Shown here one piece after another: positions 33,793 to 47,934 of a stretch of DNA of 64,000 nucleotides. Source of the stretch: Strigamia acuminata (taxonomy: Eukaryota); the NCBI GenBank assembly GCA_949358305.1, contig OX442314.1, positions 3,534,001 to 3,598,000 of the forward strand, read 5' to 3'. The position numbers and the translations under genes were made by a program. The number at the start of each line of letters is the position of its first letter. Position 1 is the stretch's first letter. Below the pieces are notes generated by a model. It was not told the origin of the DNA. It saw only the letters and a list, made by a program, of their open reading frames with translations, and searched no databases.

Positions 33793-36700
33793 TTATGTGA
33801 CCGATTCTTCGACGACTCGCTGCTTGCGAGCAAAAGAGAGAAAAACTTGTTCCAGAGTTGCCTGACTCACGGAATAGTCTTCGAGATTAAACAGCGCTTT
33901 CGCCTTCTCCATCGACTCGAAGAGGTACGCCCATTTGGTCTCCACGTCCTTAATTTGGTAATGCACGAGTCCCTAAAACAAATGAATATAACTTAATACA
34001 CAGTTTGCGGCAGCTACTTTTCCCTTATGCCGGGACTACTCGATTAAACGCCGGGCACTCAGCGGCAAGTTCAGCAATTGTCGGTGGCATCGAATAAACG
34101 CCGGGTTCCAAAAATGGGTGATTTTTCGCAAAAAGTCGAAGATTTTTGCGAAAGAATGAGCATTTTAAGCAAAAAAAATCATCATTTTTAGCAAAAAACC
34201 ATCATTTTAAACGGAAAATCGGCGATTTTTAACAAAAAAAATCATCATTTTTAGCAAAAAAACCTCATTTTTTAGCAAAAAGTCATCATTTTAAACGGAA
34301 AATCGGCTGTTTTTAGCAAAAAAATCATCATTTTTAGCCATAAATCATCATTTTAAACGAAAAATCGGCTGTTTTTAGCAAAAAAATCATCATTTTTAGC
34401 CATAAATCATCATTTTTAGCCAAAAATGATCATTTAAAACGAAAAATCGGCGATTTTTAGCAAAAAAATCATCATTTTTAGCCATAAATTATGATTTTTG
34501 GCTAAAAATGATAATCGTCATTTTAAACAAAAAATCGGCAATTTTTAGCAAAAAATCGTCATTTTTAGCAAAAAATCATAATTTTAAACGAAAAATCGGC
34601 GATTTTTAGCAAATAATCGGCGATTTTTCAGTTATGAGCCGGGCCTCGAATAAGTGCCAGGTGGGGCGAGTCGAAGAAACTATTAAACGCCCCGGCGTTT
34701 ATTCGAGGCAGTACAGTATATTTCAAATTTCAGAAAGTAGATCCCGTTTGTTTATAAGAAAAATAAATAAAAACATCGTTTGGAGATCAAAATTGATCCT
34801 AGGTAAATGACACAATGTTAATTTAAATCTTTTTTTTTTATCTTACTTGGTGTATGTCCTGAAGAACGGCACTTGGAAATGTCTGCTCAATGTATGTCTG
34901 TAATTCCGTCTGCTTATTTGTCATTAGATTGATGGTCGAACTAGCACCGGGCTTGAGTTTGGCTAAAACTGTAAATCCCTGACTGAATTTGTTCTTCAGA
35001 TGCTGGATCGGACCAAAACACTGGAACTGACCGTTCACCATAATGCCCACTCTGTTGCAGAGCACTTCACATTCCTCCATACTAGAAAATTTGTCCAAAA
35101 TTAGTCCAAAATTTCATCACTATCATTCACTACATTCATTTACCTATGCGAAGTCAAAACAACCGATATTCCCCGCCCGTTAGCGCTTCTTAGAATGTCC
35201 CATATTTTTCTCCTGGCGACCGGGTCCACTCCGGTCGTGGGCTCATCCAAAAATACGACCGGCGGATCTCCGATGAATCCCATGGCTGCACTCAGTTTTC
35301 TTTTATTTCCACCGCTAAATAAATAATTTTTTTTTAAAATAACTTTGTTCTAATCAGTTAAGTCTCTTTATTTCGAATACCTGTAGAAAAGCGTGATTTT
35401 ATCGGCATGCTCGGTGAGGTCAAAGTCCACGATGTACTGATCGACAACCGCCTTTATTTGGGAACTGCAAATTCCACGAAGGTGAGCAAAAACGGTGAGG
35501 ATTTCTCGTCCGGTCAAGTAATCGATGAGCGCATCAAATTGCGGGCAATAGCCAACTTGCTTTAAAAACTAAACCAAATATAGTTAGGTTAATGCACTTG
35601 GATGGATGAAAAACCTATCGGGGCTTACTTGTCCTCGCTTGTGCCGTACACTAGACCTGTTAATGTAAGCATCGCCGTGAGTGATGACCAAGTCGCCGGT
35701 AAGCATTTGAAATGTGGTCGTTTTGCCAGCGCCGTTAATTCCCAGCAGGCCAAAACATTCGGCGAAATGAACACCAAAACTCAAATCGTCAACGGCTGCA
35801 AAGTTGGAGAATACTTTCCTCAAGTCCTGCACCACCATAACATCGGTGTCGATGATGTCTGTATGGAAACGAAAAATGCTCTACAACTTTTCAATTGACA
35901 TTGTTTCCTTTTAACGTTTGGAACAAACACCTTTCATTTACTTGTTAGTACAAGACAACCCTTGCTATTGCCATCAAACAGTTGGTGATAACCAGAATTC
36001 ATTGTATACTCTTTCCGAACTCAAGAAGAGCCCTGGAAGCTGGGCTCCCATTGGCCTACTTGGAACTGCAATGCAACTACTGCTACACTAGTGAGATAGC
36101 TCGGCCAATGGGAGCCCAGCTTCCAGGGCTCTTCTTGAGTTCGGAAAGAGTATAGTGAAATAATTTGTAATGGGAGAAATTTTTGTCAGCAATTACAATT
36201 TCGGTTTTTCGTTCGTTACATTTGTTTAATGTAACACAACCCAGTCTAAAGGTGGAAACACAAGGGAGCGGGTAAAATTCCAAAGCTTGCTAGCACAAGT
36301 TTAATGAGGGAGTCATTTACAAGCTCACTTGACCCCACTTTTGGCTTACCAGCTTAACTGGCAAACTCAAGCTAGCTACCGTCTTCCCCCAAAATCTCCT
36401 CTAAGAATTTCCTCACGATTCTGATTGGCTGTCAAAGTCACATGACCAAAACGCCAGCAAGCTTGAAGCTGGTCAACCGAATTCAGTTTGATCGGAGCGG
36501 GTGAGTACAAGATCGCTTCAAAACAAACCTTTGAATAAAAACGCAAGCTTGTGTTTGCTCAAGCAGGTGAGTTTTTAGCCGCTTTTTCAAGTAAAAGCAA
36601 GTTTTTAAATTTTACCCGCTCCCTTGTGTTTCCACCTTTAGAAGCCCTGGTGTAGTTCACACTTAAATCACTTTTGTACAAAGTCTAATTTCTACACGTT

Positions 36701-39700
36701 TGTTCTGACGTGTAGAAAAGCAATAACGTAAACATAAATAACTCACTTGGATCGTGAATTCGCCGCTTTTCCGCAAGCACATCTTCATCTAACGCATTTC
36801 CCAGTCCGTCGAACGTGTTGACATTGTTTCTATTTCCAATCAATTGGTTTTTTCCCCGGCGAATTTTATACCAAAGCGTGTAGAAAACTCCCTGTTCGAT
36901 GAGCGCCAAAATACCGAAATATAACACTCCGGTCACAGCCATCATGGTAACTTCCTGACTAATTCCGCTATCCCACTTAAAATAATCAGGCTTCACAGGA
37001 GGCAAACCAGTCAAACCCCCAAAGATTTCATTGAAAGATGAAATCTGAACCATTTTCATCAATGCCACGGTCACGGTGAAATTCGGTACAAGCCGAAACA
37101 GCCACTGAACGTCTCGTGCAATGTCCTTCAACGAATCGGAGCCGTATTGTTGGAACGTGTTGATGGTGATGCTCAAAGTGATGCCGGCTAACAAGTTGGC
37201 AATCGTCAGACGGCTGAATCCCGTTGCCGGAACCTTGGCCATGAACGACACGATGTAGGTAAAGGGAATCGAACACCAGCCGTACAATATGAGCAGTAAA
37301 ATCACAATTCCTGCAAATTAAACACAATCAACTGAATAATTGTATGGGACAATGTCGTCGATGTTCAAAACGGCACAAATTTTGAATTTAGTAATCTAAC
37401 TACCATCTTCACACCGAAAATAACACCATGGTGTTGTATTCGAGTAATCGAGTTATGCTAGAAATGGCAATTTTGTAAACATAGATCAAATATTCGAATA
37501 TAACACCACTTCAGCTTTCACACCATGGTGTTGTATTTGTTATATTCAAGTTTTTTATTGTTTTCGAATACACCATGGTGTTATGTTCAAATTTTTATAA
37601 AAAGATTTAGAACGTACAGTATATGCATCCAAAATGTGCACTGGATAAAGTTAATTTTACATATTAGACATAACACATTTATTTATTGAAGGTGTGTTGT
37701 GCAGTACTGCCAACAGAGTTGTTTAGAAATGTGTGAATTCAAGTTAGTTAGTGTTAGGTTAGGTTTTTACTTTTATAACAAACTTACATGATATTGAATG
37801 AATATAAGACCATGATGTTAAATTCGAATACAACACCATGGTCTTATTTTCGGTCGAAGATGGTAGGCAAAACAAGCAATAAAAAACTAAACCTTTGTTT
37901 ACCTACCAAAAAAAAACCAAACTATGCTAACATTGTTTGATTGATTAAAAGTGGAAAAAGCTTACTTTGCAAATTATAAAATAAATAAAATCCATCATTC
38001 TAATCACTTTTTAAACTAAAATACATTGAAAATAAACAGAACTACTTTTCCGCATTGTAGAGCACAGACCACAGTTAGGCGTAAACTGGCTTAGCCAATA
38101 GGAATTAGGAAAACGTTGTGGTGGTTTTGAGGAAAGGCACAGTTCCTAGGACCTACAAACTAGCAGAGATTCAGGAGGCATCCATAAAAAATTGTAATAC
38201 ATGTGCGGTAAAAATTTCAGACAAATGCTTCTAAAAATCAAAGTGCCTAGAATCTACGAAGGTCTTAAAGTGACCCTGGGAGTGTGCGCCTGCCTCTCTC
38301 ATCCTGAGAGAAAGCTTACTTGCTCAACATTCTTGCCAGTGGGAATCAGCGTTGACAGACGATCAGCCGCAATTAAGTCGATAAACATTACTGCCAACTT
38401 AACAGGTGCACTCTTTGCTTTATTCTATGGAAAATCAATCTCACCTTAGTCAAACGGCTCACCTTAAAGGTAGGTTCACACTTGTGTTCACACTAGACCC
38501 AACGCAAGAAAACTGACGCAACGCAAGCTGCTTGCGTGCAAAATTCTTGACATTGAAGCCAATTCCTGCTTTAACTCCAAGTTGAAGTAAACGACGCAAC
38601 GCAAGAAAAGGTCTTGCAGCCAACCAATCACGATCAACACCAATCACGATCGACTCATCGATTCACGTCTGGTTGGCGAGACTTTGCCACATCCAAGCAA
38701 GCTGCTATTTTCGGATTCTGGAACTAGTTCTAGAACTAGATCCAATTCCAGGTTTCATTGAAACCATCTGATCGGCCAGACGCAACATCAATTGTTTCAG
38801 CTCTGTCTAAACGTGCCATACAGTGTGAACAGACTCTGCATTGCATTTGATTAATTTTTCCTTGCATTGCTTTGCATCGCCCCTAGTGTGAACACAAGTG
38901 TGAACCTAGCTTAACCCAGTGGTTCTTAACCTTTTTGGAGAGTCCAGCACCCCCTTGGATGCATAAAAACCACTGGCCTACTCCTTTCCTAAATACAATA
39001 ATATTTCCTTTAAAAATTGAAACTAAATAAGACGTTACCAGTTTTCTCTCCGCCAGTGAACGTCCCCGTCTGGTCTACGGTGGAAAAAAGTATCATGAGC
39101 AAAACGGAGCAAACAATGTGCGTAGCATAATCCCAAACGAAAGAAGCGGCCCAGAAAACAGCGCCGTCGACGCCGGTCATGAGTTGCAGATGTTTGGACT
39201 TGGTGGCCCGCTCGTGGATCGGAAACACGATGAACGACGAAGAGAGAAACGAAAGCCCGACCGGCACAAACACGCCCAGCATGATCGACTTCACCATCTG
39301 TATGATGGCGGCGATGGGGAAGTTGCTCTTCTGGTCCGTCTCCAAAGGCGCGTTCTCGACGACCAACGACACGTTTTCCGTCTTGTTGTAATGTCTCGCC
39401 ATCGCGTTGTGCAACAAATTGAGCGCTAGCGGTTCGGTGTGGTAGAAGAGCCCGTTGTACCACAAGTTCATCTTGGTTTTGTCGCCGGACTCGCTGAAAT
39501 TGGCTCCGACGATGTATTTGTTGGAATAATCGATGAAGTGCTTCTGGCTGAGTTCCTTCAGGTAGTCCATGGCGTCGCCGCTGACGTTGACGAACGTGGT
39601 GTCTGTCGGGAACGAGGAATGGTAATAGTATTCGTAATCTTCGTTGAGGTTTTTTTGGAAAACCGTGGTGGCGCCGTACTGCGATATGTCCATGGTTAAT

Positions 39701-42700
39701 GCGGGTAAGGAGGTGGGAGTTAAATCCAGTCTGTTGTTGACTATCAGGACGGTTGTTATCATTATGACTGGTAAAAGAATCTGTTGAAATAGAATAAGTT
39801 AAATTATATGAATTGTTGAATTATAATTTCATATAATATTCATATATATTTCAATATATGTCAATTATATTGAAATTGTTGAAATAATAATAATATTGTT
39901 GAAATTGTATTTTTTATTGGTGAAATTGTATTTTTTATTGTTGAAATTGTATTTTTTATTGTTGAAATTGTATTTTTTATTGTTGAAATTGTATTTTTTA
40001 TTGTTAAAATTGTATATTTTATTGTTGAAATTGTATTTTTTATTGTTAAAATTTTATTTTTTATTGTTGAAATTGAAATCGCCAATTTGGCACAAAATCT
40101 TTTAAAAATCGCCAATTTGGGACAAAATCCTTTAAAATCGCCAATTTGAGACAAAATCTTTTAAAAATCGCCAATTTGGGACAAAATCTTTTAAAAATCG
40201 CCAATTTGGGACAAAATCTTTTAAAAATCGCCAATTTGGGACAAAATCTTTTAAAAATCGCCAATTTGGGACAAAATCTTTTAAAAATCGCCAATTTGGG
40301 ACAAAATCTTTTAAAAATCGCCAATTTGGGACAAAATCTTTTAAAAATCGCCAATTTGGGACAAAATCTTTTAAAAATCGCCAATTTAGCACAAAATCTT
40401 TTAAAAATCGCCAATTTAGGACAAAATCTTTTAAAAATCACCAATTTGGGACAAAATCTTTTAAAAATCGCCAATTGGGAGCTCGTCTATGCAGTCCCCA
40501 TTTAATGGTTATGCCCATCTTCGATTTGATCATCGCCAATTTTTTCTTACTTGAGCTAACAGCAAGACCCAACGGCGTTTCGAATAATACCATCGTTTCA
40601 AGAGCAACGCCGTAAACGGTTGCATCCACGAATTAAAACCCGTTGATCGTTGGATGCCGCTCACTCCGTTTCCAACTGCAACTGCAAAAATCAAATTTAA
40701 AAAAACAACACTTTATTTATTATTATTTTTTACAATATATTTACCATAATTACCAGTATAATGAAGTAAATTAGCGTTCGATTGATTTTGCTGGATCACG
40801 CCGTTGTTGACGCTGCTGCCGCTGCTTTCCTTGACGCTTTCGCCAACCTTGAGAAAAACTTCTTCCATCGTGGTGACGCAAATGCCGAAGTTATTCATGC
40901 CGAGTTTTGGCGCGTTTGATTCGAGGTGCTTAAACATGTCGGCGAATGTGTTCGAGGATTCCGAAGGAAGGATGAGACTTAGTTCGGTCGCGTTGTCGGA
41001 TTTGATCACGACTCCCGGAACGTGTTGCTGCACCAACGCGCAAATGCGGTTTACATCGCAATGGTCGGCTTTGCTGATATTCAAATGGTATCCGGCACCT
41101 AGAAATTAATCGTTTGGAAAATGTAATGGCATTTTTAAACGTGTGCTAAATAAACATGGAAAACCATTAAAAAGTACTGAATAAATGTTGACAAATGTTG
41201 AATAAATATCGAAGTGTGTTGGATAAATTTTGAGAAATGAAAAATAAATGGTGGGAAACGTAGAATAAACGTTAAGAAACATTGGAAAGCATTGGAAAAC
41301 ATTGAAAAAACATTGAAAACGTTTGAAAATATTGAAAAACATTGATAAAACATTGAAAAACATAGATAAAACATTGAAAAAACATTGAAAACGTTGGAAA
41401 ATATTGAAAATCATTAATAAGACATTGAAAACGTTAGAAAATACTAAAAAACATTGATAAAACATTGAAAAAACATTAAAAACGTTGGAAAACATTGGAA
41501 AACATTGAAAAAACATTGGATAACATTGAAAAAACATTGGAAAACATTGAAAAAACATTGAAAAAGTTGGAAAAACATTGGAAAACATTGAAAAAACATT
41601 GAAAACGTTGGAAAATATTGAAAAAACATTGAAAACGTTGGAAAATATTGAAAATCATTAATAAAACATTGAAAAAACATTGATAACATTGGGAAACATT
41701 GAAAAAACATTAAAAAACATTGAAAAAACATTGAAAAACATTGAAAAAACATTGAAAAACATTGAAAAAACATTGATAAAACATTGGAAAAACATTGGAA
41801 AACATTGAAAAACATTGGAAAACATTGAAAAAACATTGGAAAACATTGAAAAAACATTGGAAAACATTGAAAAAACATTGATAAAACATTAATAACGTTG
41901 GGAAATATTGAAAATCATTAATAAAACATTGAAAAAACATTGATAACATTGGGAAACATTGAAAAAACATTGGAAAACATTGAAAAAACATTGGAAAACA
42001 TTGAAAAAACATTGATAAAACATTGAAAAAACATTGAAAAGATTAAATAAGCAAAATTACCGTATCTTTTCTTCAAAAACAACGGAGAACCGCAACACTC
42101 AATCTGCCCTCGTGCCATAATAGCGATCCTATCGCCCAGCACATCGGCCTCTTCCATAAAATGCGTGCTCAAAATAATGCACCGATCCTTCCTCGCTTCC
42201 TGCAGCAACTCCCAGATGGCTCTCCTCGCTTCCGGGTCCATCCCCGACGTCGGTTCATCCAACATAACTATCTAAAAACCCAAAAAAAAATCATTCCAAA
42301 ACTAAAACACAAAAAAAAAAAAATACTTTTGGATTTCCAATCAGAGCGATTCCCAAATTCAACTTCCGCTTCATTCCGCCGGACAACTGCATGGCAAGCG
42401 TGTTCCTCTTGTCCCACAGCTGCAGTTTGTGCATCAGGTTTGTCACTTCCGTGTTGAGTTTCTTGGCCGAATTGATCTTGAGTTGTCCGAAAAACTTGAG
42501 GTGTTCGACCACCGTGAGCGTGCTGAACAGCATGTTGTGTTGGGGACACAGGCCGAGGTTCTCGCGAGCGAAGTCGATGTTGGTTCGTATGTCGTATCCG
42601 TTCACGATGGCCGTTCCGCTCGTGGGGGGGAACATTCCCGTCAGAATGGACATCGTGGTGGTTTTCCCGGCGCCGTTGTGACCGAGTAGAGCCGTTATTT

Positions 42701-44674
42701 GGCCCTCGTAGATGTTGAGACTCAAATTGTCCACGGCGGTTTTTCCTTTACCGTAATTCTGGGAATGAGAAAAATTAATTTGGAAAATCAGTTTAAATAT
42801 TTATGTTTCATGTTTTATATGCAAAAAAAAGTGGAAAACGCACTTTTTAGGCACGAAATGACTACAAAAGTAGAAAAATCACTTTTTAGGCGTAAAAATT
42901 AAATTTTTTTTAACCTGAAAATTTATTTTTAAGCAATAAATTCACTTTTCAGATGCTTAAATTTAATTTTTACGTGCAAAAAACCAAATACTTTAACAAA
43001 AATCAACTTTTTTCCATAAAAATGGCATATTTCCAGTAGAAAAATTCACTTTTAGACGCGTAATCGGCCGTTTTACACCCAAAAATCAAACTTTCCATGT
43101 GAAAATAAAATTACTTTAGTTAAATTTCTTATTGCAATAGCCGTATCGAGACCGCTCGGTTCCTTTTCAAAGTTCATCGAGTTTAAATTATCAACGTCGC
43201 CTTCTTCCGAATGCATCTGTTCGATTCTGCACCAATAATCCTTCTGCAAAAAAAATAAATAAATAAAATAAAAATAATATAAATAACTTTTCTCAAAAAT
43301 AATTACCGTGAATAAAAAATACCAAGGTTTTCCAACCCCATAAATCCCAGGAAACACATTGTCCAAATACCACGTTAAACCGCCATAGAGAAAAATATCG
43401 ATAATAAACATCATAATTATATACGCCATCGTTAGATCGTCGCCTTGGTAACTCGGTTCGTTTAAATTAGTCCAATTAATCCCGATACCTGCAATTATTA
43501 ATTAGTTTATTCAATAAAACCCAATTAAACTGAATTAAATTGAAATAACTCACTTCGGCCTTCGAAAGCGACGATAAAGCGAACCGCCCACGCCATCGCC
43601 ATGTTTGGGAAAATGGCGACGAGCAGTTTCGATGAAATATTCAAATCGTGGTAGCTTCGAGACATCAAATTGAACGGGATGGAGAAGGTGAGCACCCAGG
43701 CGAGCACCCCGATGGCCGTGGCGATCGTGGCTGCGAAAATTAATTTTAATTTTAATTGTAATTTTGATTTTATTTAGATTTTATTTAGATTTTATTCCGC
43801 GTACGTTTTGAAAAGAAGCAGGAAATGAAGAAACAAAAGAAAATGGCGCTCGTGATGTATAAAACGAAAATAAATAATATTAATTCGGGAGATGAGTAAG
43901 ATAGGACCGAGTATTCCTGCAGTTTGGAACACAAAAAGAAGACGATTATAATAGAGCTGATTAGCATCATGACGAATGAACTAATGAACCAGCCGATCCA
44001 TTGCAGCCAGCCGGGTAGACCCATCAGTTTCATTAATTCCTGAAACATTAAATTCGACATTTTTAGTATTTTTCAGATTTTGAAAATTTAAAATTGAAAA
44101 GGAAAAAATTTAAAAAAAAAAAACGGAATTTATTCAATTGTGTTGACTCAATGTTTTGATTAAAACGTGTCATTAATAAAGATAAGCAACTGTTGATAGA
44201 TGAAGGAGATAAAACAAACTGTAATAGTCTTTTATAAACGAAGTTCTGATAAAATTAAATCAGAATTTCATTTGTTTTTGTTATTTTTCAATTTTTTTTC
44301 GTTGATTTTCAATTTTTTTCAATTTTTCCTCTCCCTAAAAATGATAATTTAATTTATTTCGTAAATAAATAACCTATCACCTTAACACCCATTTCCTTTT
44401 CCCCCACAATGTATTTAATGAGCGTCGGCGAAATAAAGACGAAACTGAGAACGAGAAAAAGCGGCAACGTATTCTGAAGAAAATCTGAAAAACAGTTATC
44501 CTTATAATAAGGTGGGTAGGGAAATTTTTGCGTCGTTATCTAAAAAACAAAAAATAAAATAAATAAATATATCTTTTTTAAAATTTTTTAACTATTTACC
44601 TCGAATTGAGACGAATCAAAGCTGCTAGAAGTTAATTCCATAAACCGTAAAGCGATATTATGTTGTAGAATCAT
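33793..44674 (-). CDS. ABCA-subfamily (ABCA3-like) transporter copy 2, about 17 coding exons, roughly 1,450 aa, lacking N-terminal TM1/most of ECD1
   Basis: NBD1 [40 protein letters not shown]2 [48 protein letters not shown]; terminal [10 protein letters not shown]; stop at 33793. First in-frame ATG at 44674 ([11 protein letters not shown]). Confidence 0.88.
34027..34720. mobile_element. Tc1/mariner-pogo-type MITE with internal minisatellite (also 48169-48862, 62311-63004)
   Basis: Imperfect TIR ctcgattaaacgccggg / cccggcgtttattcgag..cagta, TA flanks; internal aaaatcatcatttttagc repeats. Confidence 0.6.
36005..36154. repeat. Perfect 52-bp inverted repeat / foldback MITE (also 50147-50296)
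   Basis: Arms 36005-36056 and 36103-36154 are exact reverse complements; 46-bp spacer. Confidence 0.9.
36249..36638. mobile_element. MITE with ~31-bp TIRs (also 50391-50780)
   Basis: AAGGTGGAAACACAAGGGAGCGGGTAAAATT / AATTTTACCCGCTCCCTTGTGTTTCCACCTT, TA flanks. Confidence 0.85.
37400..37866. mobile_element. MITE with ~43-bp TIRs and internal CACCATGGTG palindromes (also 51542-52008; right part only at 9237-9535)
   Basis: ctaccatcttcacaccgaaaataacaccatggtgttgtattcga versus tcgaatacaacaccatggtcttattttcggtcgaagatggtag. Confidence 0.85.
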
Positions 44675-47600
44675 AAACGTTTCGTAGTTAACTTTTAAAA
44701 AAATATATAAATTATAAAATTTTAAAAATTTTAAATCCAAATTTCTCTTACTGAAATTCTTTCAATTCTTTCTCTTTCAATTCCAACTTACTGCCTGTAA
44801 TTGGTTGCAATACACCGCAGACTAGCAAAAACTGCAAAATATTCTAAAATCTTCACAAAAATCTCTCAAAATCGACAAAAACCATCCAAAAACCTCGAAA
44901 AACCTCCCAGAACCTATAAAAATATAGAAAAAAAATCACAAAGAATCAATTTCTTTGCAAAAAATGCCAAAAAATTAACCAAAACAAGTAAACACTTATC
45001 TGAAATCCTTACATATTGACCTAACACCGATCAGGGCTGTTTGTACCAATCAAAATTGCCTAGAAAATAAAATAAAACCAAATTAACACAACAAAATTTT
45101 AAAAAAAAACTGAAAAAAACTGAAAAAACAAATTCCAAAAAATGTAGTTTACCTTCTAAGATGTCCTACCTGGCTAAGGTGCAGTTGGGGGTCGTCAACA
45201 GGCATTTGGGCGATCTGAAATAGCTAGAAAATAAATTTAAAAAATAAAAAACACATCAAAATCAATAAAAAAAAATTGCCAAATTTGGGAAACATTAATT
45301 TCCAATACAAACAACAAAGAACACAACAAATTCCATCAAAAAACCACCGAAATCGTGGCGGTGGAAAAGAACAAATGCTAGAGAAAATAAATAAAAACAA
45401 CAAAAAACTCATCAAATTCCATCAAATACCACCGAAATCGCGAAAAATTATTGCTTAAAACAACCAAACTCACCAGCGAGGCGAGAACGAAACCAACATG
45501 GCGGTGTAAAAGAACAAATGCTGGAGAAAATAAATAAAAACAACAAAAAACTCATCAAATTCCATCAAATACCACCTAAATCGCGAAAAATTATTGCTTA
45601 AAACAACCAAACTCACCAGCGAGGCGAGAACGAAACCAACATGGCGGTGTAAAAGAACAAATGCTGGAGAAAATAAATAAAAACAACAAAAACCTCATCA
45701 AATTCCATCAAAAAACCATCGAAATCGTGAAAAATCATCGATCAAAACAACCAAACTCACCGTGTGAGATGTCCCGGGTTCCGCCCAGGCATTTGGACGG
45801 GCTGAAATGCCTAGAAAAGAAATTAAAACAACAAAACACACATCAAATTCCATCCAAATCGTGAAAAACCACAGAAATCGTGAAAAATCATCCCCCAAAA
45901 CAACCAAACTCACCAGCGAGGCGAGAACGAAACCAACATGGCGGCGGAGGACAACAATTGCTGGAGGCGCCCCGCTATGCGGTGGCAATCTTGGGAAGGA
46001 GGTTAAGGGATGGAGGAGACGAAATCGAGCTTTCTGCACCAATCGCAGCCGCCAACAGGCCCAAGCCCGCACCCTTTGCCGCTGAATCTAAAGATTTCTT
46101 GCACTAGCAAATGATTATTTCAATGCTCATTGGCCAGTTTCTCAAATCTCATTCATTCGGTTGGTTACTTATTTTTCCCTCCAAATAGTTTTCTCTTCAT
46201 TGATTGGTCCTTAAAATTCAGTTTCTACTAACTGACACGAGGTGGCGAATAGAGGGCGCTGCTAGAGTAGAAGAGGCGGCAAATTTGAACGCGCGACAAA
46301 AACCATCTTTTAGAAAACCGCTCATCAGTTGCAGTGGTTGCATAAATAAATAAATGAAATGATAATTGACGTTAATTCTCAATGTTTTTTTTTTATAAAT
46401 CTCGACGAAATTTTCAATGTTTTTGATGAATCTCAAACGGTTTTTGTCAGATTTCTACAATTTTTAGTTCAATTTCTCCAAATTTTTCTCCAATTTCCCC
46501 AAATTTTTGTCAAACTTGCCCTAACCTAACGTGCCCTTAACCTAACGTAACCTAACCTAACGTGCCCTTAACCTAACCTAACCTAACGTGCCCTTAACTT
46601 AACGTAACGTAACCTAACCTAACCTAACCTACCGTAAACTAACCTAACCTAACCTAACGTGCCCTTAACCTAACCTAACCTAACGTGCCCTTAACCTAAC
46701 GTAACCTAACCTAACCTAACCTAACCTACCGTAAACTAACCTAACCTAACCTAACGTGCCTTAACGTAACATAACCTTACGTGGTCTTGCCTTAACGTAA
46801 CGTGTCTTTGTCACAAAACGTATTTTTGATTGTAAGAATTTTAATTTTTCTAACTTTGAACGAGATTTTAAAATCCAAGTTTTTCGAATTAATTGTTGAC
46901 AATCTTTGAAGTTTTTTTCTCAAATTTTTTTCTTTTTTTCTTTCTTTATTTTATTATTTTATTTAATTTGCACAAAAATTATTCCCTTTCTTTCTCTCCT
47001 CACAAGTCAACACAACAGCCGTCAGTTGAGTTGCCATGGCATTAATCCCCCCTTCCTTTTATTCCCCCTTCCTTTCCCAATTTGGCCCTTTCTCTCTTGC
47101 CTCGTCGGTGACCGCAGCAACTCCGGAAACGAGATCTCAAATGCACTCAAATGAAATGAAATGAAAATTCCAGAAAACAAAAGATCAAACTTTATTCATT
47201 TATTCATTTATTCATTTATTGAATTTATTGCAAGTGGTCAGAATAAAAGTACGTAATATTGTTATCCTTGTGTTTCCAGAACAAAAGCGAAGTTTTCACT
47301 AATGAAATGTGTATTAGAGTCGGCAAATCCAAAACGGACTTGATGGCGTGCAATTGAGCTGTAGTTCGAGTCTTTCAAACTGATTTATTAATATCACCTT
47401 TAGAAAAGAAAACATATAATGTAAAATTGCTTTCATGCAAAACGATTCAATTTTTAAAATATACTCAACGGTTAATTTTGAAAATCCCAAAGGCCTTAAT
47501 CGCTGCCTTAATCGATTTTCGACATGTTCTCTCGCTACAATGCACACTTGTAACAGATTTGTTGTTTAATTGTCAACATAAATTGTTACACTCAAAAACG

Positions 47601-47934
47601 GTTTGGTTGTTTTAACTAAATGTATCTGTAATCAATGTAAATTCAATATCATGTCTGTATGGACACTTATCATCCAAAAATTAAAGACAAAACCACAATC
47701 AAAATAAGAAACAAGCTGTTCAAATATAAGTATCATTTTTAATGATCACGTCATAAATAAATATCGTATAGCGGTAACAGTTTTATAAATGCTCTGATAA
47801 AACAATGACATTAAATAGAAATTTTAAAAATTATACACATTAATGTGCGTTTGTTCACATAATCAGTGATGACCAGACTCGACAAAAAAATCGAAAAATA
47901 AAATTCGAAAAAATAACATGAAATGAAATTTAAG

